From Squalus acanthias (taxonomy: Eukaryota): DNA of 64,000 nt. The DNA lies in the NCBI GenBank assembly GCA_030390025.1, contig CM059433.1, positions 16,556,001 to 16,620,000 on the forward strand. Direction: 5' to 3'. Position 1 is the stretch's first letter; the number at the start of each line of letters is the position of its first letter. The notes under the pieces are model-generated. The model had not been told where the DNA came from. It ran no database searches and saw only the letters and a program-made list of their open reading frames with translations. The position numbers were made by a program, and so were the translations under genes. Positions 47,127 to 59,040 of this stretch are shown piece after piece.

Positions 47127-47910
47127 ACAGAAAGGCAGACTATTATCTGAATGGCAATAGATTGGGAGAAGGGGAAGTGCAACGAGACCTAGGTGTCCTT
47201 GTGCACCAGTCGCTGAAAGTAAGCATGCAGGTGCAGCAGGCGGTGAAGAAGGCAAATGGTATGTTGGCCTTCATAGCAAAAGGATTTGAGTATAGGAACA
47301 GGGATGTCCTGCTGCAGTTGTACAGGGCCTTGGTGAGACCACACCTTGAGTACTGTGTGCAGTTTTGGTCGCCTTATCTGAGGAAGGATGTTCTTGCCAT
47401 GGAAGGAGTTCAGCGAAGATTCACAAGGCTGATACCTGGGATGGCAGGAATGACATATGAGGAGAGATTGGGTCGATTGGGCTTATACTCGCTGGAGTAT
47501 AGAAGAATGAGAGGGGATCTCATCGAAACATATAAAATTCTGACAGGTCTGGACAAACTAGATGCAGGAAGAATGTTCCTGATGGTCGGAGAGTCCAGAA
47601 CCAGGGGTCATAATCTAAGGATAACGGGTAAGCCATTTAGGACAGAAATAAGGGAGAATTTCTTCACCCACAGAGTGGTGAACCTGTGGAATTCTCTACC
47701 ACAGAAGGTAGTTGAGGCCAAGTCATTAAATATATTCAAGAATGAGTTAGATATATTTCTTAAAGCTAAAGGTATCAAGGGATATGGGGAGAAGGCAGGT
47801 ACAGGGTACTGAGTTTGGATGATCAGCCATGATCTCATCGAATGGCGGAGCAGGCTCGAGGGGCTGAATGGCCTACTCCTGCTCCTATCTTCTATGTTTC
47901 TATGTTTCTA
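47127..47910 (+). mobile_element. Young CR1 3' fragment, same subfamily as 9991-11418
   Basis: Uninterrupted 216-aa ORF2 C-terminus ending KGYGEKAGTGY*; (TTTCTATG)n tail. Confidence 0.95.
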
Positions 47911-48124
47911 TCATCTAAACATGACGGGAGAAAAAAAGTAAAGGAAGCTGTGAATTGGTTCTGAGACTGATCCTTCCCTGTCGACTGCCCCTCCTCAGAG
48001 CCCAGATGGGCACAGCTTCAAACCCTCACCTGATTTATTTTACGCTAAATACATGAATGAACAGCAAACGGTGGAGAACAACCAATTTCTCTGCACTCCT
48101 CGGTTATGAAAAATAATCAAGATT

Positions 48125-48345
48125 TTTTTTTACGTAGCGAGTCGTTGTGATCTGGAATGCGCTGCCTGAAAGGGCGGTGGAAGCAGATTCAATAGTAACT
48201 TTCAAAAGGGAATTGGATAAATATCTAAAAAGTCAACATTTGCAGGGCTATGGGGAAAGAGCAGGAGAGTGAGACACTTTCAACGAGCCGGCACAGGCAC
48301 GATGGGCTGAATGGCCTCCTTCTGTGCTGTATGATTCTATGATCT
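48125..48345 (+). mobile_element. CR1 3' end fragment
   Basis: Matches ~1385-1612. Confidence 0.8.
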
Positions 48346-49844
48346 ATCTTATTAACTCTCTAGCTAAGCTAGGATTTCAAAGCTAAATTGTATCATAATC
48401 TTTAAAACACAGGCACCTGGAATTTCTGCAGGAACCCTGGAGAAACAGCGTAAATGGCCATTAATCTCTGCCAAAGTTATGGTGGTAGATTGGAGTGTTT
48501 TATGCTGCTACTGTGAAAGGTAGATTACCCTGTGTCTGGGAGGCAGGGAAGAGAGACAGAGACAGCCTGACCTGCTGAGTATCTCCAGCATTTTCTGTTT
48601 TTATTTCAGATTTCCAGCATCTGCAGTATTTTCTTTTTGTATTAGATAATCAGGTATTGGAATCAAGGCTGCTTTTAACCCTTCTTAGTCCAGGGATCTT
48701 CAACTTGACTGAGATCAGCTAGCTCAACATTGGATTGGGATCTTCCTGGTCCATTCGTACAACACCACATACTCACTAAGCCCTAGGGGGAGCCTACATG
48801 TGTTTTATGTCTAAACTAATACAATCCTAATTTTTCCAACAAAGTTGATTAGAAACTTTGGAGGAAGCACGATTGATGAAGTGAGTAATGGGTTAAGACA
48901 CTGCATGATCTGGCACTAAGGCCATGCAGATTACAAGGTAGCAGGCTCAATTCCCAATTGGTGCTGAGTTAGATGATCCCAGCTGTGTTGACAGTTAGGG
49001 GGTCTACAAATGGCCGCAGAGCCCCTTAGCTAGGGAGGGGTTAAATTAACCTCGAGGGTTCCCTGTATCCAGTGAGCCCTGTTGCAAAGTACACATGAAC
49101 AAGTGCTGGCTCAGTTGTGATTCCCTCCACAACTGAATAGTCTACTGACTGCCTGCACACATTGCCTTAGCTCAAATATGAAGAATGCCCACTTTAGATA
49201 AGGTACCAGAAGGTTGCCAGAACCCAAGCAACCATTCCCCACACAGCCCACACCCCCAAGAGGAGTTGGTGCCTTCAGGAGGGGTGGGGGGAGGACCAAG
49301 AGGAGTAAAAATTGTGAAAAGTTAGCTTCGAAAGAAAGAAAAATTAGAGGAGCTCAACGCTTCAGTGTTTGGAAAATGTCTGTGCTTGTGCAGATTTCAG
49401 GAAGAGTGCCAAGCAGTACCTTCATGATTTGACTTGTCGCCTGCTTTCAAGCTTAGACAAGACAGCAGCTGCTGCAAGGTGCGAGATTTGTGTAAGTTTT
49501 ATAATCACATGCATCAAATCATTTTCCAATCCTTGGAGGCACACAAACTACTGCTGTGCCAGCCGATAGAAATTATTAATGGTGACGGGGCCTTTGCGTT
49601 TTTGAGTGGGTGGTAATAGTACTGGGAGATGCACAGGCATGAAAGATATCAATCGTGTTGTCTGATTGCTCAATCCTGGAATGGTGCAGCACTCTCGTGA
49701 GCTCTATGTCGCATGAGTAAGGAAGGTTGTGTAGATTCTGTCTCAAAACATTGAAGGGTACGGTTTACTAACCAACAAAAACATGGGGTCACGAGGATAG
49801 AATACATACAAATTACAACACGGAAACAGGCCATGTGGCCCAAC

Positions 49845-50955
49845 CAGCGGAATAGCTAGGAATGGAAAGGTGGGTGGGACCCAGCTTATGGTGGATGGGC
49901 CCCTGACGGGGAGCAGGGCAGCTCAGCTTTTCGCTTCAGCTCGTCCCTCTGCTTCTTGGCCCTGTCGAGCAACGAAAAGGAGCCGGTAGTGGGGTCAGTG
50001 GCGGAGACAGTGGTGAAGAGCCAGCAGCAGATTAACAGCAGCGCGCTGGAGGAGGAGGAGGAGGAGGATGGGGATCACGGCGCCTGACACCGACTGGAGC
50101 CTGGAAAACCTGAGCGGCTCATCCGGCCAGTGGAGACCGCACGAACCGTGTCACCAGCACAATCGAAGGAATAGAGGAGCTGGAAATATCCCAAGAACCG
50201 GTTCGGCCGAGGTCGGAGAGACAGCAGGAGCCCGCCCCTGGTCCTCAGACAGACAGAACCCACCCCTGGTCATCAGGACAGCAGGAGCCCTCCCCTGGTC
50301 CTCAGACAGACAGAACCCACCCCTGGTCCTCAGGACAGCAGGAGCCCGCCCCTGGTCCTCAGACAGACAGAGCCCACCCCTGGTCCTCAGGACAGTAGGA
50401 GCCCTCCCCTGGCCCTCAGACAGCAGGAGCCCTCCCCTGGCCCTCAGACAGACAGAGCCCACCCCTGGTCCTCAGACAGACAGAGCCCACCCCTGGTCCT
50501 CAGACAGCAGGAGCTCTCCCCTGGTCATCAGGACAGCAAGAGCTCTCCCCTGGCCCTCAGGACAGCAGGAGCCCTCCCCTGGTCATCAGGACAGCAGGAG
50601 CCCACCCCTGGCCCTCAGGACAGCAGGAGCCCTCCCCTGGTCATCAGGACAGCAGGAGCCCTCCCCTGGTCATCAGGACAGCAGGAGCCCTCCCCTGGCC
50701 CTCAGGACAGCAGGAGCCCTCCCCTGGCCCTCAGGACAGCAGGAGCTCTCCCCTGGTCCTCAGGACAGCAGGAGCCCTCCCCTGGTCATCAGGACAGCAG
50801 GAGTTCTCCCCTGGTCCTCAGACAACAGGAGCCCTCCCCTGGTCCTCAGACAGACAGAACCCGCCCCTGGTTCCCAGACAGCAGGAGACAGACCAAGGCA
50901 TTCACACAGGCTCGGATTTGGGTGGGCCTAGGTGCTAATTGGGTGGGCCTTTGCC
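49845..50955. mobile_element. Insertion in a minus-strand CR1 tail; possibly a hAT-type element with a truncated right end; carries a minisatellite
   Basis: CR1 3' UTR sequence on both sides; starts CAGCGGAATAGCTAGG; GGGTGGG(A/C)CC motifs at both ends; no TSD found. Confidence 0.4.
50217..50888. repeat. 28-29-bp minisatellite (ACAGCAGGAGCCCTCCCCTGGTCMTCAGG), roughly 23 units
   Basis: Directly visible tandem units with variants. Confidence 0.95.
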
Positions 50956-51771
50956 ATGCCAGCATTTATCAGTCACACAAGCAAACAGTCCTAATCACAT
51001 TTACCCATTCTGTTCCCATATCCCTTCACCTCCTTTTCTTCCATTCACCGATCCAATCTAATCCACAGCTTATATTAACATAGCCATACAGAGTTCCTGT
51101 TTATTCAGCAGAACAAGGTTTTAAACTATAAGCATCATTTTGATCTTTATGTAGTCCAACATCAAGTACAGTCCCAAACTGGCAATTAAGCATTTTAATT
51201 GTTTACAAAATTACCCAGATTAGCCTTCTTTTATTCTTGTCGGGGTATACGTGCATCTGTTTGCGAATTCCACCAAAAATATAGACGTGAGCTTTGTATG
51301 CACTGCTATTATTCTCTAAAATTATTGAACGGAGCAATGCAGCCTGTAGTGAATGAGTATTGATATGATTTCTGGCAGTATGCTCGTTATGCAAATTCAA
51401 GACGTTTCAAATTCCTAAAGGTTCATTGGAGGCTTCATTTGGACATCACAACAAATCCAATCATTTCCCAATTACTACTAATGTCAAAAACATTGCTCGC
51501 TTTATTTGAAGTAACTGTAAGCAATGGGGAAATTAACTCGATGGGTAACTGTCATCGCCGATACCTACTTACCCGTAGTCGCACTCTGGACTCCAAAACC
51601 CTTTTTCTTTCAAGTTTTATTTTACAAAAATAGTCCTGTAAACAAAATTCAAAAATCGTCAAATAAAAACTTGAAAATAAAATTGGGCAGGAGGGGAGAA
51701 GTTTACGGCTCAGTATCCATCAGTGACTCAGTCACGGAAATAGCTGCTCTTAAAAAATACTTGGCACAGTT

Positions 51772-52810
51772 TTAAAGAGTGTGCAGGGACAGAGGGACCT
51801 GGGAATTAATGTGCATAGGTCCCTGAAGGTGGCAGGACATATTGAGAGAGTGGTTAGCAAAGCATATGGGATCTTGGGCTTCATAAATAGAGGTATTGAG
51901 TACAAAAGTAGAGATGTTATGCTGAACCTTTATAAAGCGCTGGTTAGGCCACAACGGGAATATTGCGTCCAGTTCTGGTCACCACACTTTAGGAAGGATG
52001 TGAAGGCCCTCGAGAGGGTGCAGAGGAGATTTACCAGAATGGCACGGACTCGATGGGCCGAATGGCCTCCTTCTGTGCCGTAAGACTCTATGGGAGAAAA
52101 ATTTGGTTGCTTTGCGCCTTCCGTTAGCGCCAACGCCTCTCGCGAAATTCAGCGGGAGGTTAGCGGCGGCGCTAACCGTTAGCGCCCCGTGGCGCTGCGC
52201 CGCCAGCGATTACATCATCGCCGTGCGCAGCGCCCCGCTCACGCCCCGGCCGCGATCTTCGGTAGCGCCCCCTGACATACCGCCGGACGCTATGTCCGAC
52301 AGGGTCAGGGGGGCCTACCTGCGGCCGGGGCAGCGCTATTTAAAGGCGAGGTGCCAGGCGGCCATTTTTGTTGCTGGCCGCCTGCCAACACCTGCCTCCG
52401 CTCCCGTCCCCGGCCTCCTGACCTGACCCGCTCCCCCGCAGAGTGCCGGTTGCGCTCCAAGAGCCCAGCACTTCTCTTGCGTGCCGGGCTCTTTTGCCGG
52501 CACTCCCGTTCCCCGGTGGCCCAGCTGGGCCCCGTGTCACGCTGCGCAAGGCCCCTCCCCTTTAAGAAGGGGAGAAAGGCCTGCAATACCACGGCACATA
52601 GCGCCGCGATATTCCCTCGCAGCGCCCCAAGAGGGAGGCGGGGCACTTCCAGTAGCGCCCCGCTTCCCTCTTGGGGCGCTACCACTCAATTTCGGCTGCG
52701 ACTGGCGCTAATTTTTCTGGGGCACTAAAAGTAGCACCCTGACGAAGTTAGCGCCCCAAATGGGGCGCGACTCAATTTCTCCCCCTATGACTCTACGTGA
52801 CTCTATGACT
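51772..52810 (+). mobile_element. CR1 3' fragment with an internal deletion; its tail is split by a Harbinger MITE
   Basis: QRDLGINVH..LERVQRRFTRM joined directly to the 3' UTR; GACTCTAT tail on both sides of the MITE. Confidence 0.85.
52092..52785 (+). mobile_element. Harbinger MITE (family B), second copy
   Basis: TSD TAT (52089-52091, 52786-52788); reverse complement of 4163-4898 with small deletions. Confidence 0.88.
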
Positions 52811-53489
52811 TCATTGCAGATTAGTTCTACACTTTACCATGGCAATTACTAACAGTGAGCAAATCCAATTGGGCCACATTCATTCTGTTTGCTATTCGAA
52901 GTAGACATTGGATTGAGATAATTGCATGCCTTGTGCTCACCTATGCATACTGATCTTTTTTTAAAACTCTTTGGGGGTAGTTTTGTCTTTGGGCGATAGT
53001 GTAAAACAGGCGGTCAGATCAGCTGCTTATTATACATCGGGAGAGATGCCTAACGGGCGACTGAATCGATATCACTTGTTTTACACTAACGCTCAAATTC
53101 AAAACTACTCCCTTTTGAACTTCAGTCCTCTTTGGCCGCGCATTCTGCAGGGGGCAAAATAGGTGGTGGAGAAAATGCGACACTGGGGTTGTGAGCTGGG
53201 AGGGAAGGAGGCTTTGAGGAGGGCAGCTGATATTTTAAAGTATGCAGAATTAGGGACACGGTGTCTTCACACACGCTTTGTGACCAATGAACTTTTAAAC
53301 CCTAGGGATTAGATTTTAACAGCAGGCATGGAACGAGCGGGCAGCGAGCTGAACGCCTTCCCATTCCTGCAGGCGGGAGGCCTGGTCTATTTCGAGGGCC
53401 AGGCCTCAATACCGTGCCGTCAGCGAGCTGCACGCCCCGGACTGCTGTCCCGCTGGAACCCAACGACCCAGCTCGCAGGCAGTTTGGCC

Positions 53490-54170
53490 CAGGGGATGGG
53501 AGAATAGATTGCAGGAGGATGGGATGGTGGATGGGAGAATGGATCACAGGGGGACAGGATGGAGTGGGTGGGTGGAGAATAGATCGCAGGGGGATGGGAC
53601 GGGGGACGGGTGGGAGAATAGATCCCAGGGGGACCGGGGGAGTTGCGGTGGAAGAATAGATCCCAGGGGCCCGGAGGGTGGGGCAATAGATCGCAGGGAC
53701 ACTGGGGTAGTGGGGGTGGGAGAATAGATCCCAGGGGCCCGGAGGGTGGGACAATAGATCGCAGGGGGACCAGGGGAGTTGGGGTGGAAGAATAGATTGC
53801 AGGGGCCCGGAGGGTGGGACAATAGATCGCAGGGACACCGGGGAGCGGGGGTGGGAGAATAGATCCCAGGGGCCCGGAGGGTGGAACAATAGATCGCAGG
53901 GACACCGGGGAGCGGGGGTGGGAGAATAGATCCCAGGGGCCCGGAGGGTGGGACAATAGATCGCAGGGACACCGGGGAGTGGAAGAATAGATCCCAGGGG
54001 CCCGGATGGTAGGACAATAGATCACAGGGACACTGGGGGAGTGGGGGTGGGAGAATAGATCCCAGGAGCCCGGAGGGTGGGACAATAGATCACAGGGACA
54101 CCGGGGGAGTTGGGGTGGAAGAATAGATCCCAGGGGCCCGGAGGGTGGGACAATAGATCGCAGGGGTTGG
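53490..54170. repeat. G-rich minisatellite with ~32-bp AATAGATC-anchored subunits forming ~65-bp dimers, probably inside a MITE (~53305-54366)
   Basis: Alternating GAATAGATCCCAGGGGCCCGGAGGGTGGGA and CAATAGATCGCAGGGACACCGGG units. Confidence 0.92.
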
Positions 54171-54755
54171 GGGGGGCGGGGGGGAGAGTCTGGAGGAGCA
54201 GCCAATATTATTCTTGTGGTGCCCAGAGGAACACTCCTGGCTTCACAGAAGTAATGATTTACTTACAATTTTAGGGCCTCTCGCTCCATGTTGCCCAGTT
54301 GATCTGGGCGGAGCGTGCGTGATGCCCAGTTGTTCCTCAAAATATTTACATCAGAAATTTCTGGCTTGCAAGCTAGAAATTACTGACCAAAATAACAATG
54401 ACAGTTTGTGGCTTGGTGTCAAATTTTGTCTGATTTACGCTCCTGTGAAGCGCCTTGCAATGTTTTTCTATCTTAAAGGGGCTATATAAATGCAAGATGT
54501 TGTTGAAATTGCACTGGGGTCCCATGTACAACTTCGAGTTGTATACAGTAATGAGGCTTCCGCCTGATTCAGGTGGGTGCCTGGTCTGCCCAGCACAAAG
54601 GGCCTTCGGTTGCTCTGAGATTCAGATCAATTATGAAACACAAAAAGTTAGCATGCAGGTACAGCAAGTAATCAAAAAGGCAAATGGAATGTTGGCCTTT
54701 ATTTCAAGGGGGTTGGAGTATAAAAGCAGGGAAGTCCTGCTACAACTGTACAGGG

Positions 54756-54949
54756 TGTCGTAAGAATGAGCCTTATGCGTGGTGAACTTAAAGTAAGCTT
54801 TAATCAACTAAAAAGGTGCTACATACAAAAGAGGTCTTACTCTATGCCTCTCCAGGATCCAACTGATCAGCCCTGTATTTATCCTGGACTAATCACAGGA
54901 AGTGATGTAATAAAGTTCGAGTCACAGGAAGCTGTATTGTGTTACCACA
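54756..54949 (-). repeat. 3' LTR (194 bp)
   Basis: Preceded on the minus strand by the PPT GGGGGGGGAGAA (54950-54961). Confidence 0.96.
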
Positions 54950-55011
54950 TTCTCCCCCCCCAAAAGATTAGGAGGCCGGATGAAGTTCGAGTCACAGGAA
55001 GCTGTATTGTG

Positions 55012-58000
55012 TTACCACATTCTCCCTCCATTTCGTAGCCGCTGGACGAGGGAGAGCCGCACCCGTTTGGGTTCTCGTAGCGGTAGAGGGCCCCTAGCCC
55101 GTTTACCCGCTGCGGGCCGTGGACCAGAGTCCGAGTGATCCAGCCCGCTCTGTGAGGGGTCAGGACGATCCTGACTGTGTACTGGTGCCCGAACGGGTGT
55201 CGGGCAGGGCTGTGGCAGATCCGTTTCCGAGCGTATGGTACGGGGTGGATCGTGGCTGCGCGTGCGAGCCCCGACGGGCTCATAGTCAGTCTGCCCCAGG
55301 TCGGCACGCTGGAGTGAGGTACCAGCCGGCGTCAGATCCAGATCGTGATGAGAGGCACCTGGCGAGCCCAGAGATGTGCCTGGTACAATATCATCCCCTG
55401 GTGTCCCTCTATGTTTCGGCGGGCAGGGAGCCAGATCCCGCAATGACACGGTAGATTCCCGACCGTCAGGATACCGAATATAGGCGTAGGTAGGGTTGAC
55501 GTCAGTGAGCTCAACCTCATCTACCAGGGGGTCATTCTTAGACGCCCGAACATATCTTCGGAGTAGCACTGGTCCCGGTGCAGTCAGCCACGACGGGAGA
55601 GATATCCCATAGGATGAGCGACGCTGAAATCGGAAGAACCGTTCATGAGGCGTCGTATTTGTGGCGGTCGAAAGGAGGGACCGTGTGGAGTGTAATGCGT
55701 CTGGAAGTACTGCTTCCCATTGCTGGTTGGGTAGGCCCCGAGATCTCAAAGCCAGACGTACCGCATTCCAGATGATAGCGTTAAAACGCTCGACTTGCCC
55801 ATTCCCGACCGGATGATAAGGCGTCGTTCTGCTGGCAGCAATACCCCGTTCCGAGAGATAGGCCTTGAGTTCTCCTGACATAAAAGAAGGGCCCCGATCC
55901 GAATGAACATAGGATGCCATGCCACAGAAAGCAAATACCTGCTCAAGGCAGCTGATAACCGTGGTCGTCAGCATATTGGGGCAGGGAAAGGCAAACGGAA
56001 AACGGGAATACTCATCGACCATGGTCAATAGATAAGTGTTGCGAGTTGAAGAGGGCAACGGCCCCTTAAAATCGATGCTAAGCCGTTGCATTGGCTGGGT
56101 CGCATGTATGAGTATACCACCCGAGGGGCGGAAAAACTGAGGTTTCAATTCCGCACAGACTCTGCAGTCCGAGCACATCTTCTTTACATCCCCGGTAGAG
56201 AATGGGAGATTTCGGGACCGCACGAAGTGTAGCATGCGAGTAACGCCCGGATGACACAACCCATCATGGATGTCTACGAGCGTAGAGGGTGCCATGGCGG
56301 AGCAGAATGCTCGTGTGAGGGTATCCGGAGCCACATTCTCCTTGCCAGGTCGATAGTGGATGGTGTAACCAAAAGAGGCCAATTCCAGCCGCCAAAGCTG
56401 GATTTTATTATTTTTAATTTTGGTCCGTTTTCGATTATCGAGCATGAAGGCGACCGATCGCTGGTCCGTGATTAAGGTAAAGTGCTGGCGAGCTAGGAGA
56501 TGAGTCCACTTCCGTACTGCCTCTATGATGGCTGTAGCTTCTTTCTCGACTGGAGGATAATGTAGCTCAGCCCCTTGAAAAGTCCTGGACAAAAATGCCA
56601 CCGGACGACCTTCCTGATTCAGAGTGGCCGAGATCGCCACCTCCGAGGCATCACACTCAACAACAAAAGGAAGACTCTCATCGATGGAGTGAAGAGCCGC
56701 TTTCTCCAACTGTTTTTTCAGGAGGTTAAAGGCTGCAACAGCCGCTGTGTCTAGTGGGAATGTGCTGACCTTCAGTAGAGGTTGGATTCGGTCCGAGAAG
56801 TTAGGAATCCATTTAGCATAGTATGCAAACAGGCCGAGGGCCCGGCGCAAGGAGGCCGGATTCTTAGGTGGCGGGAGTTCTTGGAGTGGGCGAAGCCTTT
56901 CAGGGTCAGGTTTAATGATGCCATTGCCCACACAATAGTCAAGGATGTTGATGGTTGGTTGTGACTCAATGGATTTAGCCGCATTTAATGTCAAATTACG
57001 GTGCTGGAGTGCATCCCAAAATCGTTGGAGATTGGCGTCATGTTCCCGCTGATTGCGACCTGCGACAGTAATATTGTCCAGATAAGGAAACGTATCCTTT
57101 AAGTCTTCCTGTTTGACCAGGTCATCCATTGCTCGCTGGAAGACAGCCACTCCATTAGTGACCCCAAAGGGGAGGCGACGAAATTGATACAGCCGTCCAT
57201 TGGCTTCAAAGGCCGTATACTGCTTGTCTGAGACCTTCAAGGGTACCTGATGATAGGCACTTTTCAGATCATATGTTGAGAACACTGTGTACTCAGCCAG
57301 TTTATTAACCATATCATCGATGCGCGGCAATGGGTATGCATCCAAGTCCGTATATTGATTGATGGTCTGTGAATAGTCAATGCACAGCCGTTTCTTGTGA
57401 GGTTGTAGAGGGTTCTTAACAATAACGACCTGGGCGCGCCATGGTGACGAACAAGGCTCGATGATATCCTCTGCTAAAAGCCGAGAAATCTCAGCCGCAA
57501 TAAAAGACTGGTCTTCCTGACTGAAACGTCGTGACTTTGTTATAATCGGTTTGCATCGAGGAGGGATACTGGTAAACAGTGAGGGTTCATCCAGTGAAGC
57601 TGCTGACAATGCACAGAACGGTAATCGAGGTCGTATATTAGAAATAGTGAGTTCAGGTTTGGATCCGCCGAACTCAATGGTGAGCTTCTTATGCTGCTTT
57701 TGAAAATCTAGCCCTAAGATAAGATCACTACATAAGTCCTTGAGCACCGAAAGCCGGGTGGAGGGATACCTGTGACCATTAAGTGTTATTTCAACCATAC
57801 AAAAGCCAGAAATTCTGGTATTAAGTGATGACTGAGCCATCGCAATTGCCTGGTCCGATGGGAAAACATGTAGCTTTAACTCTGCAACAATCTGTTCCCT
57901 AATGAAACTATCAGTGCTACCTGAGTCAATTAAGGCATCTAAAGTATGTCCATTAATTGATGCTTTTGTAGCTGCATGGAATAGGTTCTGAGGACAAGCA

Positions 58001-58962
58001 GCTGTAATTGGTGTCGTTGCACAAAGAGTGGCTGAAACTCTAGGTGTGTTTCTTCGAGAGAAAACCCGAGAGGAAGCACAATAGATTTTAGCCGGAACAT
58101 CTTGATAGGCCCTTACCGGGGCAGTTCGGTAGGACTTAGCTTGATAAGCCCTCGTAGAGGCTCTTGATAGGCAAACCTTTGCAAAATGACCCTTTTTGTT
58201 GCAATGACTGCAAAACGCATTGCGAGCAGGGCAGAATTTCCGAGGGTGAAACTCATCACCACAAAAGAAGCATTTCTTAGATTGCCAAGAGGCTGCCACA
58301 GTGGGGTCATCATCCTCTTCATCAGTGAAGTCATCAGATTGATCGTCAGGGATAAAGTCCTCCCTAATAGAGTTCACCTGTGGCCTCTTAAATTGCCTGA
58401 CTGTAGTTAAGGCAGCAGACCGAGGTCTGGGCACTGTATAAAGGTCTGCATTTCTTTTTGCCAGATCTAGAGAGCAAGCCATGTCATAAGCTCTCTGAAG
58501 CTCAAGTGTCTTACTTTCCAGTAGACGCTGGCGTATAAATGGGGAGGCAAGCCCGCAGATGAAAGCATCACGGATCATTTCTTCACGGTACAGCTCAGCT
58601 GAGGCCGCCTGAAAGTTACAGTCCATACTAAGTCTGCGAAGCTCTTGGAGGAATTTATCAATGGATTCCTCCGGCCCTTGTTGGGCTGTAGCTAGTAGAT
58701 GTCTGGCATAGACCTCATTCGGTGTCTTAGTATATAGTCTTTTAAGCGTCCGAATTGCCTCCTCGTAACTGCCCCATTCCTCGACATACTGAAATACATT
58801 CGGGGTGACACAGTTGATGAGTATCCGCAATTTTGAGTCATCATCAGCCTTGCAATATTCGAGAAAATTGTCAAACGTGCGATACCAGTGTTTCCACACC
58901 TTACCGGCTGCTGGGGTGTTTGGGTCCAAGTCAAGACGCGATGGTTTAAGGATGTTTTCCAT
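55012..58962 (-). CDS. Gag-Pol polyprotein, 1316 aa (Gag with two zinc knuckles, protease, RT, RNase H, integrase)
   Basis: CFFCGDEFHPRKFC and CSHCNKKGHFAKVC; LIDSGST; DLKSAYHQ, LPFGVTNG, YLDN; ECDASE/EKEA/TDQ; HHCC, SIDF..HSDRG..NGQVER; no stops or frameshifts. Confidence 0.97.
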   Translation of the reverse strand: MENILKPSRLDLDPNTPAAGKVWKHWYRTFDNFLEYCKADDDSKLRILINCVTPNVFQYVEEWGSYEEAIRTLKRLYTKTPNEVYARHLLATAQQGPEESIDKFLQELRRLSMDCNFQAASAELYREEMIRDAFICGLASPFIRQRLLESKTLELQRAYDMACSLDLAKRNADLYTVPRPRSAALTTVRQFKRPQVNSIREDFIPDDQSDDFTDEEDDDPTVAASWQSKKCFFCGDEFHPRKFCPARNAFCSHCNKKGHFAKVCLSRASTRAYQAKSYRTAPVRAYQDVPAKIYCASSRVFSRRNTPRVSATLCATTPITAACPQNLFHAATKASINGHTLDALIDSGSTDSFIREQIVAELKLHVFPSDQAIAMAQSSLNTRISGFCMVEITLNGHRYPSTRLSVLKDLCSDLILGLDFQKQHKKLTIEFGGSKPELTISNIRPRLPFCALSAASLDEPSLFTSIPPRCKPIITKSRRFSQEDQSFIAAEISRLLAEDIIEPCSSPWRAQVVIVKNPLQPHKKRLCIDYSQTINQYTDLDAYPLPRIDDMVNKLAEYTVFSTYDLKSAYHQVPLKVSDKQYTAFEANGRLYQFRRLPFGVTNGVAVFQRAMDDLVKQEDLKDTFPYLDNITVAGRNQREHDANLQRFWDALQHRNLTLNAAKSIESQPTINILDYCVGNGIIKPDPERLRPLQELPPPKNPASLRRALGLFAYYAKWIPNFSDRIQPLLKVSTFPLDTAAVAAFNLLKKQLEKAALHSIDESLPFVVECDASEVAISATLNQEGRPVAFLSRTFQGAELHYPPVEKEATAIIEAVRKWTHLLARQHFTLITDQRSVAFMLDNRKRTKIKNNKIQLWRLELASFGYTIHYRPGKENVAPDTLTRAFCSAMAPSTLVDIHDGLCHPGVTRMLHFVRSRNLPFSTGDVKKMCSDCRVCAELKPQFFRPSGGILIHATQPMQRLSIDFKGPLPSSTRNTYLLTMVDEYSRFPFAFPCPNMLTTTVISCLEQVFAFCGMASYVHSDRGPSFMSGELKAYLSERGIAASRTTPYHPVGNGQVERFNAIIWNAVRLALRSRGLPNQQWEAVLPDALHSTRSLLSTATNTTPHERFFRFQRRSSYGISLPSWLTAPGPVLLRRYVRASKNDPLVDEVELTDVNPTYAYIRYPDGRESTVSLRDLAPCPPKHRGTPGDDIVPGTSLGSPGASHHDLDLTPAGTSLQRADLGQTDYEPVGARTRSHDPPRTIRSETDLPQPCPTPVRAPVHSQDRPDPSQSGLDHSDSGPRPAAGKRARGPLPLREPKRVRLSLVQRLRNGGRMW

Positions 58963-59040
58963 GATGGGTGATTCCCTGGATCCTTAGTTCCGAGTTCGTC
59001 CAAAAAGTTTGAGTGCGAAGTTTTTCAAAGTTGATTAAAT

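Noticed and set aside
55119..55454. env or accessory ORF in the Gypsy element
   Set aside because: Antisense to the low-complexity integrase tail; there is no room for an extra gene before the PPT.
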